DNA of 64,000 nt, taken from assembly GCA_947629245.1 (NCBI GenBank), contig CANRDC010000001.1, positions 93,667 through 157,666 on the forward strand, written 5' to 3'. This DNA is from an uncultured Oscillospiraceae bacterium. Lineage in GTDB: Bacteria; Bacillota; Clostridia; Oscillospirales; Oscillospiraceae. A model generated the notes under the pieces. The model was not told the DNA's origin. It was given only the letters and a program-made list of their open reading frames with translations, and did no database searches. Positions 26,093-35,445 of the stretch are shown here, in pieces. Position numbers and translations under genes: made by a program. Position 1 is the stretch's first letter; the number at the start of each line of letters is the position of its first letter.

Positions 26093-26363
26093 CAGACTCA
26101 ACAAGCTTGAGATGGAATATAAGGTTGCCGAGCGCAGGCGCATTGAGGAGATTGACAAAGCCGTTACCGCGCTGGCATCTATAAAGCCTGAGGACGTGGA
26201 ACTCCTAAAGGGTGTCGTTCCTGAGCTCAGTGCAGTTGTGAAGTTCACGAAGCAGGATTTGATGGACGACATGAATGGAGAAGTCGCCATGCTTAGGAAG
26301 GTCACTACTGACTTGGAGTCCTACCTTGAAAGACGACTGACATTCTACGAGGAGCAGCTATGA
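26064..26363 (+). CDS. Small coiled-coil protein (99 aa)
   Basis: GGAGGGAG RBS. Heptad-like, charged helical sequence. Confidence 0.5.
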   Translation: MAQTVAQLSSRLNKLEMEYKVAERRRIEEIDKAVTALASIKPEDVELLKGVVPELSAVVKFTKQDLMDDMNGEVAMLRKVTTDLESYLERRLTFYEEQL

Positions 26364-27628
26364 TTGACCTGAAGTTGCTCGGTCGACTCCAATCCTCCGA
26401 CATGGTTACACTGGTCCTAAAGCAGGTGCACGCTGATGAACTAACGTACTACATTATAGCTAAGAGCATTAACTATACAGCAGTCACTTCTGGTAAGTGT
26501 CACGGAAATGTGCATGGCGATTTCGCCATGTTTAACATCTTGCTATCGAGTTTGCTTCCTATGTTGGATAGAGGTTATAAGTTCAACATTCAGTACGAGG
26601 GTGCTGAGCTGGAGTTTGTGACAGATGATGAAAAGATACATCTGCACCCATTGTGTGTTGAGTACAGTGACCCATCAGTAATGACAGTTGTGAATAAGGT
26701 GGCTAACTTTCTGACTGACATCAGCTCAGATGATACAGTAGACGAGCGTGTCAAAAAAGTCGAGTTCGAGCTAATGGGGTTGCGCGAGCGTCAGAAGCCA
26801 ATAAGCAAAATGGACCTTGAAGGCGCCATGATTTCGAGCAATCCTTTCTCGATGCCTGCTACAGTATTAGAGCCTGACGAGGAGACACAGGCAAAGATAA
26901 ATAAGCTCGAAGCTGACCTTGCTACGTTGAAGAAACGCCAAGGTAAAGTGAGGCCGGTAAACCTTGCACCTTTCAGATATTTGTGTGGTGCAGCCGCCAG
27001 GTCTCATGAACTTTTGAACTTCTGCGAAACTTACGCAGTCATGTCTTTAAAGAACACCTATATACTCCAGAAGGGTCCTTGCCCTATAATGTCCATGCAG
27101 TCAACACTTCTTAACCAGTTGATGATAGATGGCGAGGGCGAGAATTTCTACTGGTACCAGAATGGTCTCGCATACGTATCATATGGTGACTCAACAACTG
27201 TTGTGTTTATGGAGAAGTATCTTCCTAACACATCAATTGACAGTAGCATTGTCACCAGAGGTAAGGTCCTGGAGAAATATCAAATCAACACCCGTGGTGT
27301 GCTTGCAATCGCATCAGTTGTCGGGAGTAAGTTCCCAGTCATGAAGTTGGATATGAGCAGGGGCGTTCTTATTCTTGAGAACGATAAAGGCGAAGTCCTA
27401 CGCTCTGACCTTGGGGAGATTAAGGCCACTACTCCTGAGCTTGAGAAGATGATGCGTGGCGAAGAAACAACCGGTAAGATTGTGATGTCCACGTTGAACA
27501 TACCGCCTGAGGTTCAGCGTTTTCTTAGCTTGTTCCGCGAGCAGTTGAACATCTATGTGAAAGAGCGCAAGATTGTTTTTAATTCAGAGAAACTCTATCT
27601 TGTGTTTGGGAGGGAACGTAGTGTATAG
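26360..27628 (+). CDS. Hypothetical protein (422 aa) between the Mre11-like and Rad50 C-half genes
   Basis: GAGGAG RBS and ATGA overlap with the upstream gene. Has a central coiled-coil segment. No catalytic motif. Confidence 0.55.
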   Translation: MIDLKLLGRLQSSDMVTLVLKQVHADELTYYIIAKSINYTAVTSGKCHGNVHGDFAMFNILLSSLLPMLDRGYKFNIQYEGAELEFVTDDEKIHLHPLCVEYSDPSVMTVVNKVANFLTDISSDDTVDERVKKVEFELMGLRERQKPISKMDLEGAMISSNPFSMPATVLEPDEETQAKINKLEADLATLKKRQGKVRPVNLAPFRYLCGAAARSHELLNFCETYAVMSLKNTYILQKGPCPIMSMQSTLLNQLMIDGEGENFYWYQNGLAYVSYGDSTTVVFMEKYLPNTSIDSSIVTRGKVLEKYQINTRGVLAIASVVGSKFPVMKLDMSRGVLILENDKGEVLRSDLGEIKATTPELEKMMRGEETTGKIVMSTLNIPPEVQRFLSLFREQLNIYVKERKIVFNSEKLYLVFGRERSV

Positions 27629-28271
27629 TGCCAGACTTAGAACCCTGGAGAGGGCGTATAAGAACGCAGAGAAGAATAATAAACTTTACGCCGCTACACA
27701 GGAGAAACAACATCTGCACACCTACCAACTTCAGTTCATAAGTGGACTATTCGAGAACATCAAGGCACTTGACCTTGCAGTTACAAAGCATGAGAGTGAG
27801 TGGCGCCAGGCTGTCCTCTCTATGCTGGAGACAGAGATAATGAATGACCTGTCGTTTGTGTATCCGTCCGACGGGTATCAGGTGTCGCTGTCCTCTAAGG
27901 TTTCGCGTGGCAAGATACACATCAATGCAACCGTCACGTCTACATTCTCAAATGGGTTCCCAGGCAAGATAAAGGGTACGCAAGGAAGATTATTCCAGCA
28001 GCTTGTATCCTTTGCCGCTTTGATTGGCGTCATGTCGTTACTCGGCATTAAGACTGTCTACATTGATGAAGCCTTTTCAGGCGCATCGAAAAAGAATGTC
28101 CAGAAGTTAAATAAACTTCTGGACAGCATCAGAGAACGAGGTTTTAACCTCGTTATTATCGCGCAGGACACATCTATGGCAACGGAGCTCGAAGCTAACA
28201 GAATGTTCTTGGCGAGAACTTTGGATAACAAGACGATTGTACGGCAGGAGGATTACAATGGAGAACAATAA
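27621..28271 (+). CDS. SbcC/Rad50-like ATPase, C-terminal half (short coiled coil, signature-like motif, Walker B/D-loop)
   Basis: GTG 27621 sits 6 nt after GGGAGGG. KTVYIDEAFSGASKKNVQKLNKLL matches hhhhDE plus D-loop of SMC/ABC ATPases. GTQGRLFQQLVSFAAL lies upstream at the signature-motif position. There is no Walker A. Confidence 0.5.
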   Translation: MYSARLRTLERAYKNAEKNNKLYAATQEKQHLHTYQLQFISGLFENIKALDLAVTKHESEWRQAVLSMLETEIMNDLSFVYPSDGYQVSLSSKVSRGKIHINATVTSTFSNGFPGKIKGTQGRLFQQLVSFAALIGVMSLLGIKTVYIDEAFSGASKKNVQKLNKLLDSIRERGFNLVIIAQDTSMATELEANRMFLARTLDNKTIVRQEDYNGEQ

Positions 28272-30135
28272 CAATGTAACCATTCTGGACGTCGAAGAGA
28301 GCGACATTCCTCGCTTCTTTCTCGACAGGGATAAGAAGCGACTTTGCGAGAACATCATCGCAATGGTTCGTCACAATAAAGAACTTGAGAACCCACGCCT
28401 GCCTGTTGTCTTGAAGGCTGTTGGGTTTGAACCTGTGTTTGAAAAAGCACTTGCAAGCTACAATATTTATTGGCTTGTGCCTGGGTTTAAGCCAAAGCCT
28501 GATGCCGAGGTAAAGACAACAATCAGCATCAACTGGCTTGGTGCTGTCGTCACTGAGGCCATGCTTCCCCTTTATGAGGAAGACCTCGACGGGTCTAAGG
28601 AAGACCTCGGCATAATGCGTAAGATAAACGATTTCAAGATGAACTATGAGGTTGAAGATGTTGTAGTTCTTCTCTGTGGAAGCGACTCGACTCTCATAGA
28701 GAAAGCTTGGACATTGTTTAGAGATGACCCCGAGCTGTCACTCATTAGAGCATTTGCTCCAGAGAAAGTAATTCGTAAGACAAGCGTCGTCAGCGGGGGC
28801 CTTGACATCGGTGTCTATGCCCAGCGCATGTTTGAGTATCGTGACAGTGACGTGTACGATATTCATCTTCTACGCAGTGTGCTTAAGGATATCGACACCG
28901 AGATTACTCAGAATGGAAAGCACGTTTTACAGATAATCTCCTCAGACGGTTTGAAGGCAGAGCAAAAGTTGCTCATGCTCTATTGCGTCTTGAAGTATCG
29001 TTTGCCGCCTCCGCTCATACATACGTTCAAGAACGACTATGTCAACAACAGTTTGATATACCCACTTGGTAAACTGTCGCTCTATGAACGTATAATGTGG
29101 CTTAGGGACTTGCCGCAGATTGTCGGGTACATTGGCGAACATATGCATTACACATGCACCTGTCTCGTGGACGCCAAGATTTACCCCGGCATACACAACA
29201 TGTATGCTGTACGTATTGACCCAACCACTGGGGCGTTCAAGGCTTCTCGAATGAGTGAAATCGGTGTCGCAGACGGTCCCGTCAAAGCTTTCATCAGTAA
29301 GGGTCTTGAACCCTGGCTGTTCAAGGGAACGCTCCTTGACTATAAGATGCTGTTCAAAGGAACTGGTAATCCTATAACGAGTGAGCCTCAGACCGCTGGA
29401 CTTGTTATCAGCGGCGGCGATGCAATGGCCCATGACTATAACATGGACAATGCTCTCATTGACCTGTTCACGCAGATTGACGAGATGTCCGTTCAAGACA
29501 CTGGTGAACACCTGTATCTATCCATAAAGAACACAGTGCTATCTAAGTACACGAAGGATTGCTTTATCCTCATGTACTGTCCTGAGGCTTCGGCAGTCCA
29601 CTGCCAGATGACCTCCGAGTACATAGGCGTTGTTAGGAAAACACTCGACGAAGATAAGTTCCCATGCTTCATTGATAGCGGGCTTGAGCTCGCTATTGAG
29701 CAAGGCGAGAAAGCCGCCAGGCAAGAGGAGATTCTTCGTAGTGCGCAGACAACAACTGCGCTAACAGTGACTTCGCCTTATCAGTCTTTTAGTGGTGCTC
29801 TTGCAAGTACCGTCCAAACTTTGCGTCCAGCTATCGACCTTGAGGTCGCTCTGGCGATGAACCTGCTTAGTCCGTTTAAGTCCGGTCTTGGATATTACGA
29901 CATGTCCCTTAGGTGCATGAAGAACATCGTGCCTATTGTGACGACTCCTGACTCTCCGTTGTATGACGACCCAGAGCTCTTGAAGCATCTGTCATTAACG
30001 AACATCAGGAAGTCGAATAAGAAGATTTCCAAGGACACTACGATTAACAGCTTCGGGACGCTCGCTGCATCCGGGGATGAAAATCCCGGAATACCTGTTA
30101 CAATAGAGGCTTTCAAGGGGTGCAAGTTGCTATGA
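28258..30135 (+). CDS. Hypothetical protein (625 aa)
   Basis: AGGAGG 8 nt upstream of ATG 28258. No recognisable motif. Confidence 0.6.
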   Translation: MENNNNVTILDVEESDIPRFFLDRDKKRLCENIIAMVRHNKELENPRLPVVLKAVGFEPVFEKALASYNIYWLVPGFKPKPDAEVKTTISINWLGAVVTEAMLPLYEEDLDGSKEDLGIMRKINDFKMNYEVEDVVVLLCGSDSTLIEKAWTLFRDDPELSLIRAFAPEKVIRKTSVVSGGLDIGVYAQRMFEYRDSDVYDIHLLRSVLKDIDTEITQNGKHVLQIISSDGLKAEQKLLMLYCVLKYRLPPPLIHTFKNDYVNNSLIYPLGKLSLYERIMWLRDLPQIVGYIGEHMHYTCTCLVDAKIYPGIHNMYAVRIDPTTGAFKASRMSEIGVADGPVKAFISKGLEPWLFKGTLLDYKMLFKGTGNPITSEPQTAGLVISGGDAMAHDYNMDNALIDLFTQIDEMSVQDTGEHLYLSIKNTVLSKYTKDCFILMYCPEASAVHCQMTSEYIGVVRKTLDEDKFPCFIDSGLELAIEQGEKAARQEEILRSAQTTTALTVTSPYQSFSGALASTVQTLRPAIDLEVALAMNLLSPFKSGLGYYDMSLRCMKNIVPIVTTPDSPLYDDPELLKHLSLTNIRKSNKKISKDTTINSFGTLAASGDENPGIPVTIEAFKGCKLL

Positions 30136-32513
30136 CAAACGACATCAATCTCATGTCCCTCGCTAATGCGGGGGACAACCCTTTGCCGAAGGAAGAGGAA
30201 GTAGTCCTTGACCTTGGTGGAGGAGACACGCCGCCATGGGACGAGGGTCCTACGACTTCTGGCGAAGCGACAGACTTTGAAGAAGAAACGCTGGAAATAT
30301 ACAAGAAGGCTGAGAGGTTTAAGAAGCTGAAGCTTCTCTCAGGTAACACAATACCTGGCGACCTTGAGGACTATGTTGACAAGACTTACGGAAAGCTTGG
30401 TCGCCAGCGTCTGCTCCTTGCTAAATACGTCATGCGGGTTATGCGATACAACACTTCGCCTGACGTGATGTTGATGCTTGCATCAACTAAAAGGGCGAAG
30501 GTCGTGATTGCCACTGCAGGTGCAGGTAAAACCACTTCGTTACAGGTTCAGATACTGATTGACAAAATGCTCGATAAAGCACTTGGTACCAATGAACTCG
30601 TTCCGGAGCTTGTCGAGGGTACAGCTGTAACCATGCCGCGTATCCTATATCTCAACTACAATAAGCACAACGTCAAGCCTATCGAGGACCGGCATACAGC
30701 TGTCGTGGCGGCACTCAATAAAACATTGAAGCCTGCCGATAGGATTGATGACTCTATCGAGTCTTCGACTGTTCACGCCTTTTGTCATAAGTGGCTGACC
30801 GCTTTCTCTCACGACATTGAGTTGCCTGAGCTTCAAGTAATCTCAGACGAGGATAAGACTAAAGTCTGGACAGCTATTATTACCCCACGATGGAAGAAGT
30901 TCTATGGGGACAATCAGGTGTGCAACGTCGAGTACACCGTACTCGATGAACTTTATACCTATAAGGTTGAGTCAATGCTGGACTGGGACGAATTCTTCAA
31001 CACAGCTAAGTTCATCGACTCTGAGCTTAAGGAAGAGTTCGTGAAGTCATGCATTAAGAAGTACGACTCCATGAAGCGCCAGATGAAGTTGATGGACTTC
31101 ACCGACTATCTCGTCTGGACCATTGAGACCCTGCAAAAGTATCCTGAGTTTAAGAGGAAACTGCAGGAGCGCTATCGCCTGATAATTGCAGACGAGAACC
31201 AGGACTTCACTCGACTGATGAACGAGCTTCTTCTTGAGCTCTACGACCCTGATGTCAATCGCCTTGTTGTCGTGGGTGACCCAGACCAGACGCTCTACGA
31301 GTTCAAGGGTGTGTCGCCTGATAATGTGGTCAATCTAATGGAGAGACTGCGTGAGGCCGAGCTCCTCGGTCTTGATACGAACTATCGCTGCCCTGATAAA
31401 ATTGTCGAAGGTGCCAAGAAGATATTGGACCTCAACGTCCTGCGCTTCGAGAAACCTATCAACACTGTTAGGACTGGTGGGGAGTTCATATGTCACCCGC
31501 TGGCTATTTCGTCCTCCGAGGAGCAAAGTCGCCAGGTTATCCAGCTCCTCAAGAGAATGGGTTCATCGGAGTGGTCGCACACCGTCATTGCCTATCGGAA
31601 CAATCAATCGTCAGTATTCATTGGCGAGGAGTTGTTCTATGAGGGTATCCCGTTTAAGATACTCGATGATAGACGACCGTTCAACAACAATGTGTTCCGC
31701 CAGCTCAATCAGGCCATTAAGGCTCTAAAAGAGAAAGATAACTTCGAGCTGAATAAGCTATTGTATCGGTTCATGCCTGTGACCCGCGGTGACTGGGAGA
31801 AAGTCTTGGAGCTGAATAGACAGGCAAGGCGCAACCACTTGCACGACCTGCTCATACCCTACAGTGAACTTCCGAAAGGCACTGCGGAGGCGATGCGCTC
31901 GCTTATCCGTATCTCCGAGGTTGTTGACTCAGCAGCTGTCTGTGACTACATCGGGCGCCTTGTGGAACTATACCGTCTTTACTACTTCAACTTCATGTTG
32001 CAGTCAGCGAACCCCATTGCACCTGAGAAGTCTATGGACGCCATGTATCTTGAGCGCGCCTTGAAGTTCTTCAACCGTCAGCTCACTTGGGATTACATGC
32101 AGAAGGAGCTTGTCGAGAGAAATGTGGACTCCGAGTTCGGCGTTACACTCTCTACGTTCCATGGGCTGAAAGGGCTGGAGTTCGACCATGTAATCGCCAT
32201 TGACTTCTCTGAGTCACTGTTCCCGAACTTCGCCAGCATTGAGCAGAAGTACAAACCCAATACTGCAATTGCTGAGAAAGAAGCGGAGAACAGGCTGTGC
32301 TATGTCCTCGTGACACGTGCCATAAAGAACATGCACATGTTCTATCCAGAGTCCGACCCATCAATCTATGTATCCATTCTGACGAAGGATAACGCCGTGT
32401 CGAAGCCGAGTTCAGATATATCCAATCTGGACCTCGGAGCGGCAACTTCGCCATCAACTGTAATGACGTCTAAGGCTGACTTCTTGAGTAAACTTCTGAA
32501 CGGTAGGAGGTAA
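30132..32513 (+). CDS. UvrD/Rep/PcrA-type SF1 DNA helicase
   Basis: Motif I VIATAGAGKTTS. Motif II LIIADENQDF. Motif III VVVGDPDQTLYEFKG. Motif IV LDTNYRCP. Motif V LSTFHGLKGLEFDHV. Motif VI RLCYVLVTRAIK. Confidence 0.85.
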   Translation: MTNDINLMSLANAGDNPLPKEEEVVLDLGGGDTPPWDEGPTTSGEATDFEEETLEIYKKAERFKKLKLLSGNTIPGDLEDYVDKTYGKLGRQRLLLAKYVMRVMRYNTSPDVMLMLASTKRAKVVIATAGAGKTTSLQVQILIDKMLDKALGTNELVPELVEGTAVTMPRILYLNYNKHNVKPIEDRHTAVVAALNKTLKPADRIDDSIESSTVHAFCHKWLTAFSHDIELPELQVISDEDKTKVWTAIITPRWKKFYGDNQVCNVEYTVLDELYTYKVESMLDWDEFFNTAKFIDSELKEEFVKSCIKKYDSMKRQMKLMDFTDYLVWTIETLQKYPEFKRKLQERYRLIIADENQDFTRLMNELLLELYDPDVNRLVVVGDPDQTLYEFKGVSPDNVVNLMERLREAELLGLDTNYRCPDKIVEGAKKILDLNVLRFEKPINTVRTGGEFICHPLAISSSEEQSRQVIQLLKRMGSSEWSHTVIAYRNNQSSVFIGEELFYEGIPFKILDDRRPFNNNVFRQLNQAIKALKEKDNFELNKLLYRFMPVTRGDWEKVLELNRQARRNHLHDLLIPYSELPKGTAEAMRSLIRISEVVDSAAVCDYIGRLVELYRLYYFNFMLQSANPIAPEKSMDAMYLERALKFFNRQLTWDYMQKELVERNVDSEFGVTLSTFHGLKGLEFDHVIAIDFSESLFPNFASIEQKYKPNTAIAEKEAENRLCYVLVTRAIKNMHMFYPESDPSIYVSILTKDNAVSKPSSDISNLDLGAATSPSTVMTSKADFLSKLLNGRR

Positions 32514-32518
32514 CAACA

Positions 32519-34012
32519 ATGACTGTCATGGAGTATATAAACTCTGACATGTTTACGCCTGTCTACCAGAATAAGTTGCCGGAGGCCAAGTCGGCGTCAA
32601 TAAGCGCAATATGTAAGGAGCTCTACTACACCATCAAAGCCGGAGAGAAAATCTTCATCTATGGCGATTACGACATGGACGGCTTCTGCTGTAACATGGT
32701 GTGGGACGAAGTTCTATCTACCCTCTACTCTGTCGTTCCGGAGCATTTTCAGTACGGCAGACGCCAGCACACTGTCGACAGTGATATTGTCGAACAGGTG
32801 AGAAAGTCTTCTGCCAGAGTCGTAATCATCTGCGACTCTGGCTCTGGACGAGAAGACAAGACAGTAATCGACAGGCTTCGCATGATGGGCAAAACTCCGA
32901 TTGTAATTGACCATCATGTGTACGCCGGAGATTATGTAAAAGACTTGGACCATTACCTGATGTACAATGCCTATGAAGAACGTGGGATACTTGGCGGGCA
33001 TGAGATTTCCGGAGCCTATGCTTGTCTCCTCGTAGCATCTAATCTATGCGAGCAATATTTTCATCGCACAGTTTCATATAATGCGATGGTCTACGCGCTT
33101 GGCTCTATGTACTCGGACGTAGTCGACATGTCTTCGCCAGTTGGTAGAGCACTCTATAATGCAGTCACTCTCGGCAATATGCCTGGACCTAACTTGTTCA
33201 GAGCACTGAATAAGTGGAACTATCAGTTCACTCGCAGGTTCTTCTCTTACATAATAGGACCAAAGATAAATGCGTGCTTCAGAACTGAGACATATAGATT
33301 GCTCAATCGAGCCATGGCGACGCGGGATAGATACACACTTAACAATCTTTCATCTGAGTTCGATAGTGTTCACGGAGAGTCAAAGAATATCGTGAGCTAC
33401 ACTATTGGATTGTTTGATGTTGAGAAGTATGGCGATATCACTTTCGCCGTGCATGAAATGAACAGCGAAACGGCCGCCCTTCACGTGAGAAACTTTAGCG
33501 GACTTATTGCCAATCAGATTGCCAAGGAAAATAAGTGCGTTGCCGTTGTTACAATCAAAGTCGGAGACATATACTACGGCTCATTTAGGGACTTCTACAA
33601 TCGTAAAATGCTGAACACCTTCAGGGCTTTCTGCAAGGCTGAGGGGCACGACCAAGCGTTTGGCATACAGTTCACTAACATCACGGAGTTTCGTCGCTAT
33701 CTTAGAATACTATCAACACAGCTCGAAACTGGGAGTGCGCGTGATTACACTGTTCTCGCCGGTAGCATGATAAAGGACAAGGACGACGTGGAGACACTCG
33801 CCATGTATAATGAGTACATGAATGTTCAGCCGAGAGTTGACATCACCTATCGTTGTCCATACGCCAGGCTTGTAAAGTCCACATCGTATCGAAAGTTCTA
33901 CGATGTCGGACTTCCATATCAAATCCAATCGACTAACCCTGTAATCGCAGGCTCAAATGTTCTGCTTGAACCCTGTATTTGTAGTGCAGTAGAACTGCGC
34001 TGCGTTGACTGA
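32519..34012 (+). CDS. RecJ-like DHH-family ssDNA exonuclease/phosphoesterase
   Basis: IFIYGDYDMDGFCC (DxDxDG), VVIICDSGSG (D.G) and PIVIDHHV (DHH) occur in the canonical order. Confidence 0.7.
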   Translation: MTVMEYINSDMFTPVYQNKLPEAKSASISAICKELYYTIKAGEKIFIYGDYDMDGFCCNMVWDEVLSTLYSVVPEHFQYGRRQHTVDSDIVEQVRKSSARVVIICDSGSGREDKTVIDRLRMMGKTPIVIDHHVYAGDYVKDLDHYLMYNAYEERGILGGHEISGAYACLLVASNLCEQYFHRTVSYNAMVYALGSMYSDVVDMSSPVGRALYNAVTLGNMPGPNLFRALNKWNYQFTRRFFSYIIGPKINACFRTETYRLLNRAMATRDRYTLNNLSSEFDSVHGESKNIVSYTIGLFDVEKYGDITFAVHEMNSETAALHVRNFSGLIANQIAKENKCVAVVTIKVGDIYYGSFRDFYNRKMLNTFRAFCKAEGHDQAFGIQFTNITEFRRYLRILSTQLETGSARDYTVLAGSMIKDKDDVETLAMYNEYMNVQPRVDITYRCPYARLVKSTSYRKFYDVGLPYQIQSTNPVIAGSNVLLEPCICSAVELRCVD

Positions 34013-34026
34013 ATGGTGGTGAGCTA

Positions 34027-34653
34027 ATGAAGATTGTTCATATCTATGCGAAGAACATAAAGATGTTCGTCGATGCAGTCGAGGATACTGACTGCCGATT
34101 GAACGCTTCGACAGACTTGAACTACTTGATTAGCTCACTACAACGCTATAATGTGCGCGACGTGCTTGGACTTATAATCTTCTCCAATCCAATGACGAAG
34201 AAGTGTTTAAAACTAATGCACGCGTTCGACGACTTGTTCGTCTTTAAGAGGTTGCCTATAATTATCATTTCCGATGATGCTGACGAGCTCAAAGAGGCTG
34301 GGTACTTTAAGGTGAATAACTCAGACCTCTACACTGTTAACTCTGAAGATAATAGCATATCGGATATTGATATCAATAATATATTTACAACGCTTATTGC
34401 ATCGAGTGATGAAGTGTACGACCTCAGCGCCATTCCTGCAGAGAAGAAGCTGAGAGACTACGCGAGAACACATGGCGAAAAGACTGAGCGCCAGATGTCA
34501 CAACAGCTGGTAGAATTATTAAAGTACCTTGGAAGGAGTGAGATAGATGAACATAACAGTTCTGGACAACAGCGCGAGTTCTCAGAAAACTACTCAGGCC
34601 CCTCAGCGGAAGACCTCGCGAAATTCTCGGAGCGCGGGGTTCAAACCCAGTAG
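34027..34653 (+). CDS. Hypothetical protein, possible flavodoxin/receiver-like alpha-beta fold
   Basis: MKIVHIYAK...LGLIIFSN...LPIIIISDD shows an alternating strand-helix pattern. The last 107 nt overlap the next ORF. Confidence 0.4.
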   Translation: MKIVHIYAKNIKMFVDAVEDTDCRLNASTDLNYLISSLQRYNVRDVLGLIIFSNPMTKKCLKLMHAFDDLFVFKRLPIIIISDDADELKEAGYFKVNNSDLYTVNSEDNSISDIDINNIFTTLIASSDEVYDLSAIPAEKKLRDYARTHGEKTERQMSQQLVELLKYLGRSEIDEHNSSGQQREFSENYSGPSAEDLAKFSERGVQTQ

Positions 34654-35425
34654 AACGACAGCCCCGAGTAGTCAGGCCGCCAGGCGTCCTGCTCCTACCA
34701 AGCCTGCTACTGAGGAGACTACGGCAGCTGAGTCTAAGCCGTTGCAGTCTGCTGACGAACTTCTCGAAGCAATGGACACCGCTTCGGGTGTCGCTACACA
34801 AATGGATACAGAGCTGAACGGAGCTCACGAAGATGCTGATAGTGGTATGACCTCGTCTACGACTGAGGACGATGAAGCTACGGAGGCAGAGGAAGCGGCT
34901 CCTGTGCATGCACCTCGTGCGAAGATATCTACGTCTGGACGTCGCAGTGTTAGTGACATTGTAGATGATGGGCCTGACGATGATGAAGACGATGACGATT
35001 TCGAGGACGAAGATGATGACGATGATGATTTTCGTCCTGGAAAAACTATCGGTCGTCGCTCTAATATCCAGCCACCCAAGTCAAGACAGAAGAAAGTTGA
35101 ACCTGCACCGTCTGCTAAGAAGAGACAGCCTGAGCAGAAACCTGCGCAGAAGAAGCAACCTGCACCGCCTCAGAAGAGACAGCCTGCGCCTAAAGCACAG
35201 CCGCCTAAACGTAGGCCTGTAACTGTTGAAGATGAGGACGAAGACGACATGCTTGTCAGCCGTCCTGCAAACGATAAGCCTGGGCGCCCTCAGGTCATTG
35301 TGAAGCAGGAGTCGTTCCTTTCGCAGTTTGTAGTAGTTATTGAGGTTATTGTCGGAGCAGGCCTCGCCTTCTTTGGCGGTACTCAAATCGCTAACATTTT
35401 AATTCAGCGACTTATGAATGGCTGA
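34547..35425 (+). CDS. Disordered Pro/Lys/Gln-rich and poly-acidic protein with a C-terminal TM anchor
   Basis: GGAAGGAG RBS. Contains DDGPDDDEDDDDFEDEDDDDDDF and KKRQPEQKPAQKKQPAPPQKRQPAPKAQPPKRRP. C-terminal TM helix FVVVIEVIVGAGLAFFGG. Confidence 0.55.
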   Translation: MNITVLDNSASSQKTTQAPQRKTSRNSRSAGFKPSRTTAPSSQAARRPAPTKPATEETTAAESKPLQSADELLEAMDTASGVATQMDTELNGAHEDADSGMTSSTTEDDEATEAEEAAPVHAPRAKISTSGRRSVSDIVDDGPDDDEDDDDFEDEDDDDDDFRPGKTIGRRSNIQPPKSRQKKVEPAPSAKKRQPEQKPAQKKQPAPPQKRQPAPKAQPPKRRPVTVEDEDEDDMLVSRPANDKPGRPQVIVKQESFLSQFVVVIEVIVGAGLAFFGGTQIANILIQRLMNG

Positions 35426-35445
35426 CAGGAGGAGGTTAAAGAAAG

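Noticed and set aside
26360-27628. The 422-aa ORF, considered as a beta sliding clamp because a clamp loader is present and the C-terminal sequence has clamp-like strand patterns.
   Set aside because: I can point to no conserved clamp motif, and a central coiled coil is atypical for clamps. It needs structure prediction, so I left it as hypothetical.
34547-34653. The 107-nt overlap between ORFs 34027-34653 and 34547-35425, considered as a programmed frameshift site.
   Set aside because: The overlap contains no slippery heptamer (X XXY YYZ) and no poly-A/T run. The downstream ORF has its own strong GGAAGGAG RBS and ATG. Independent initiation is the simpler reading.
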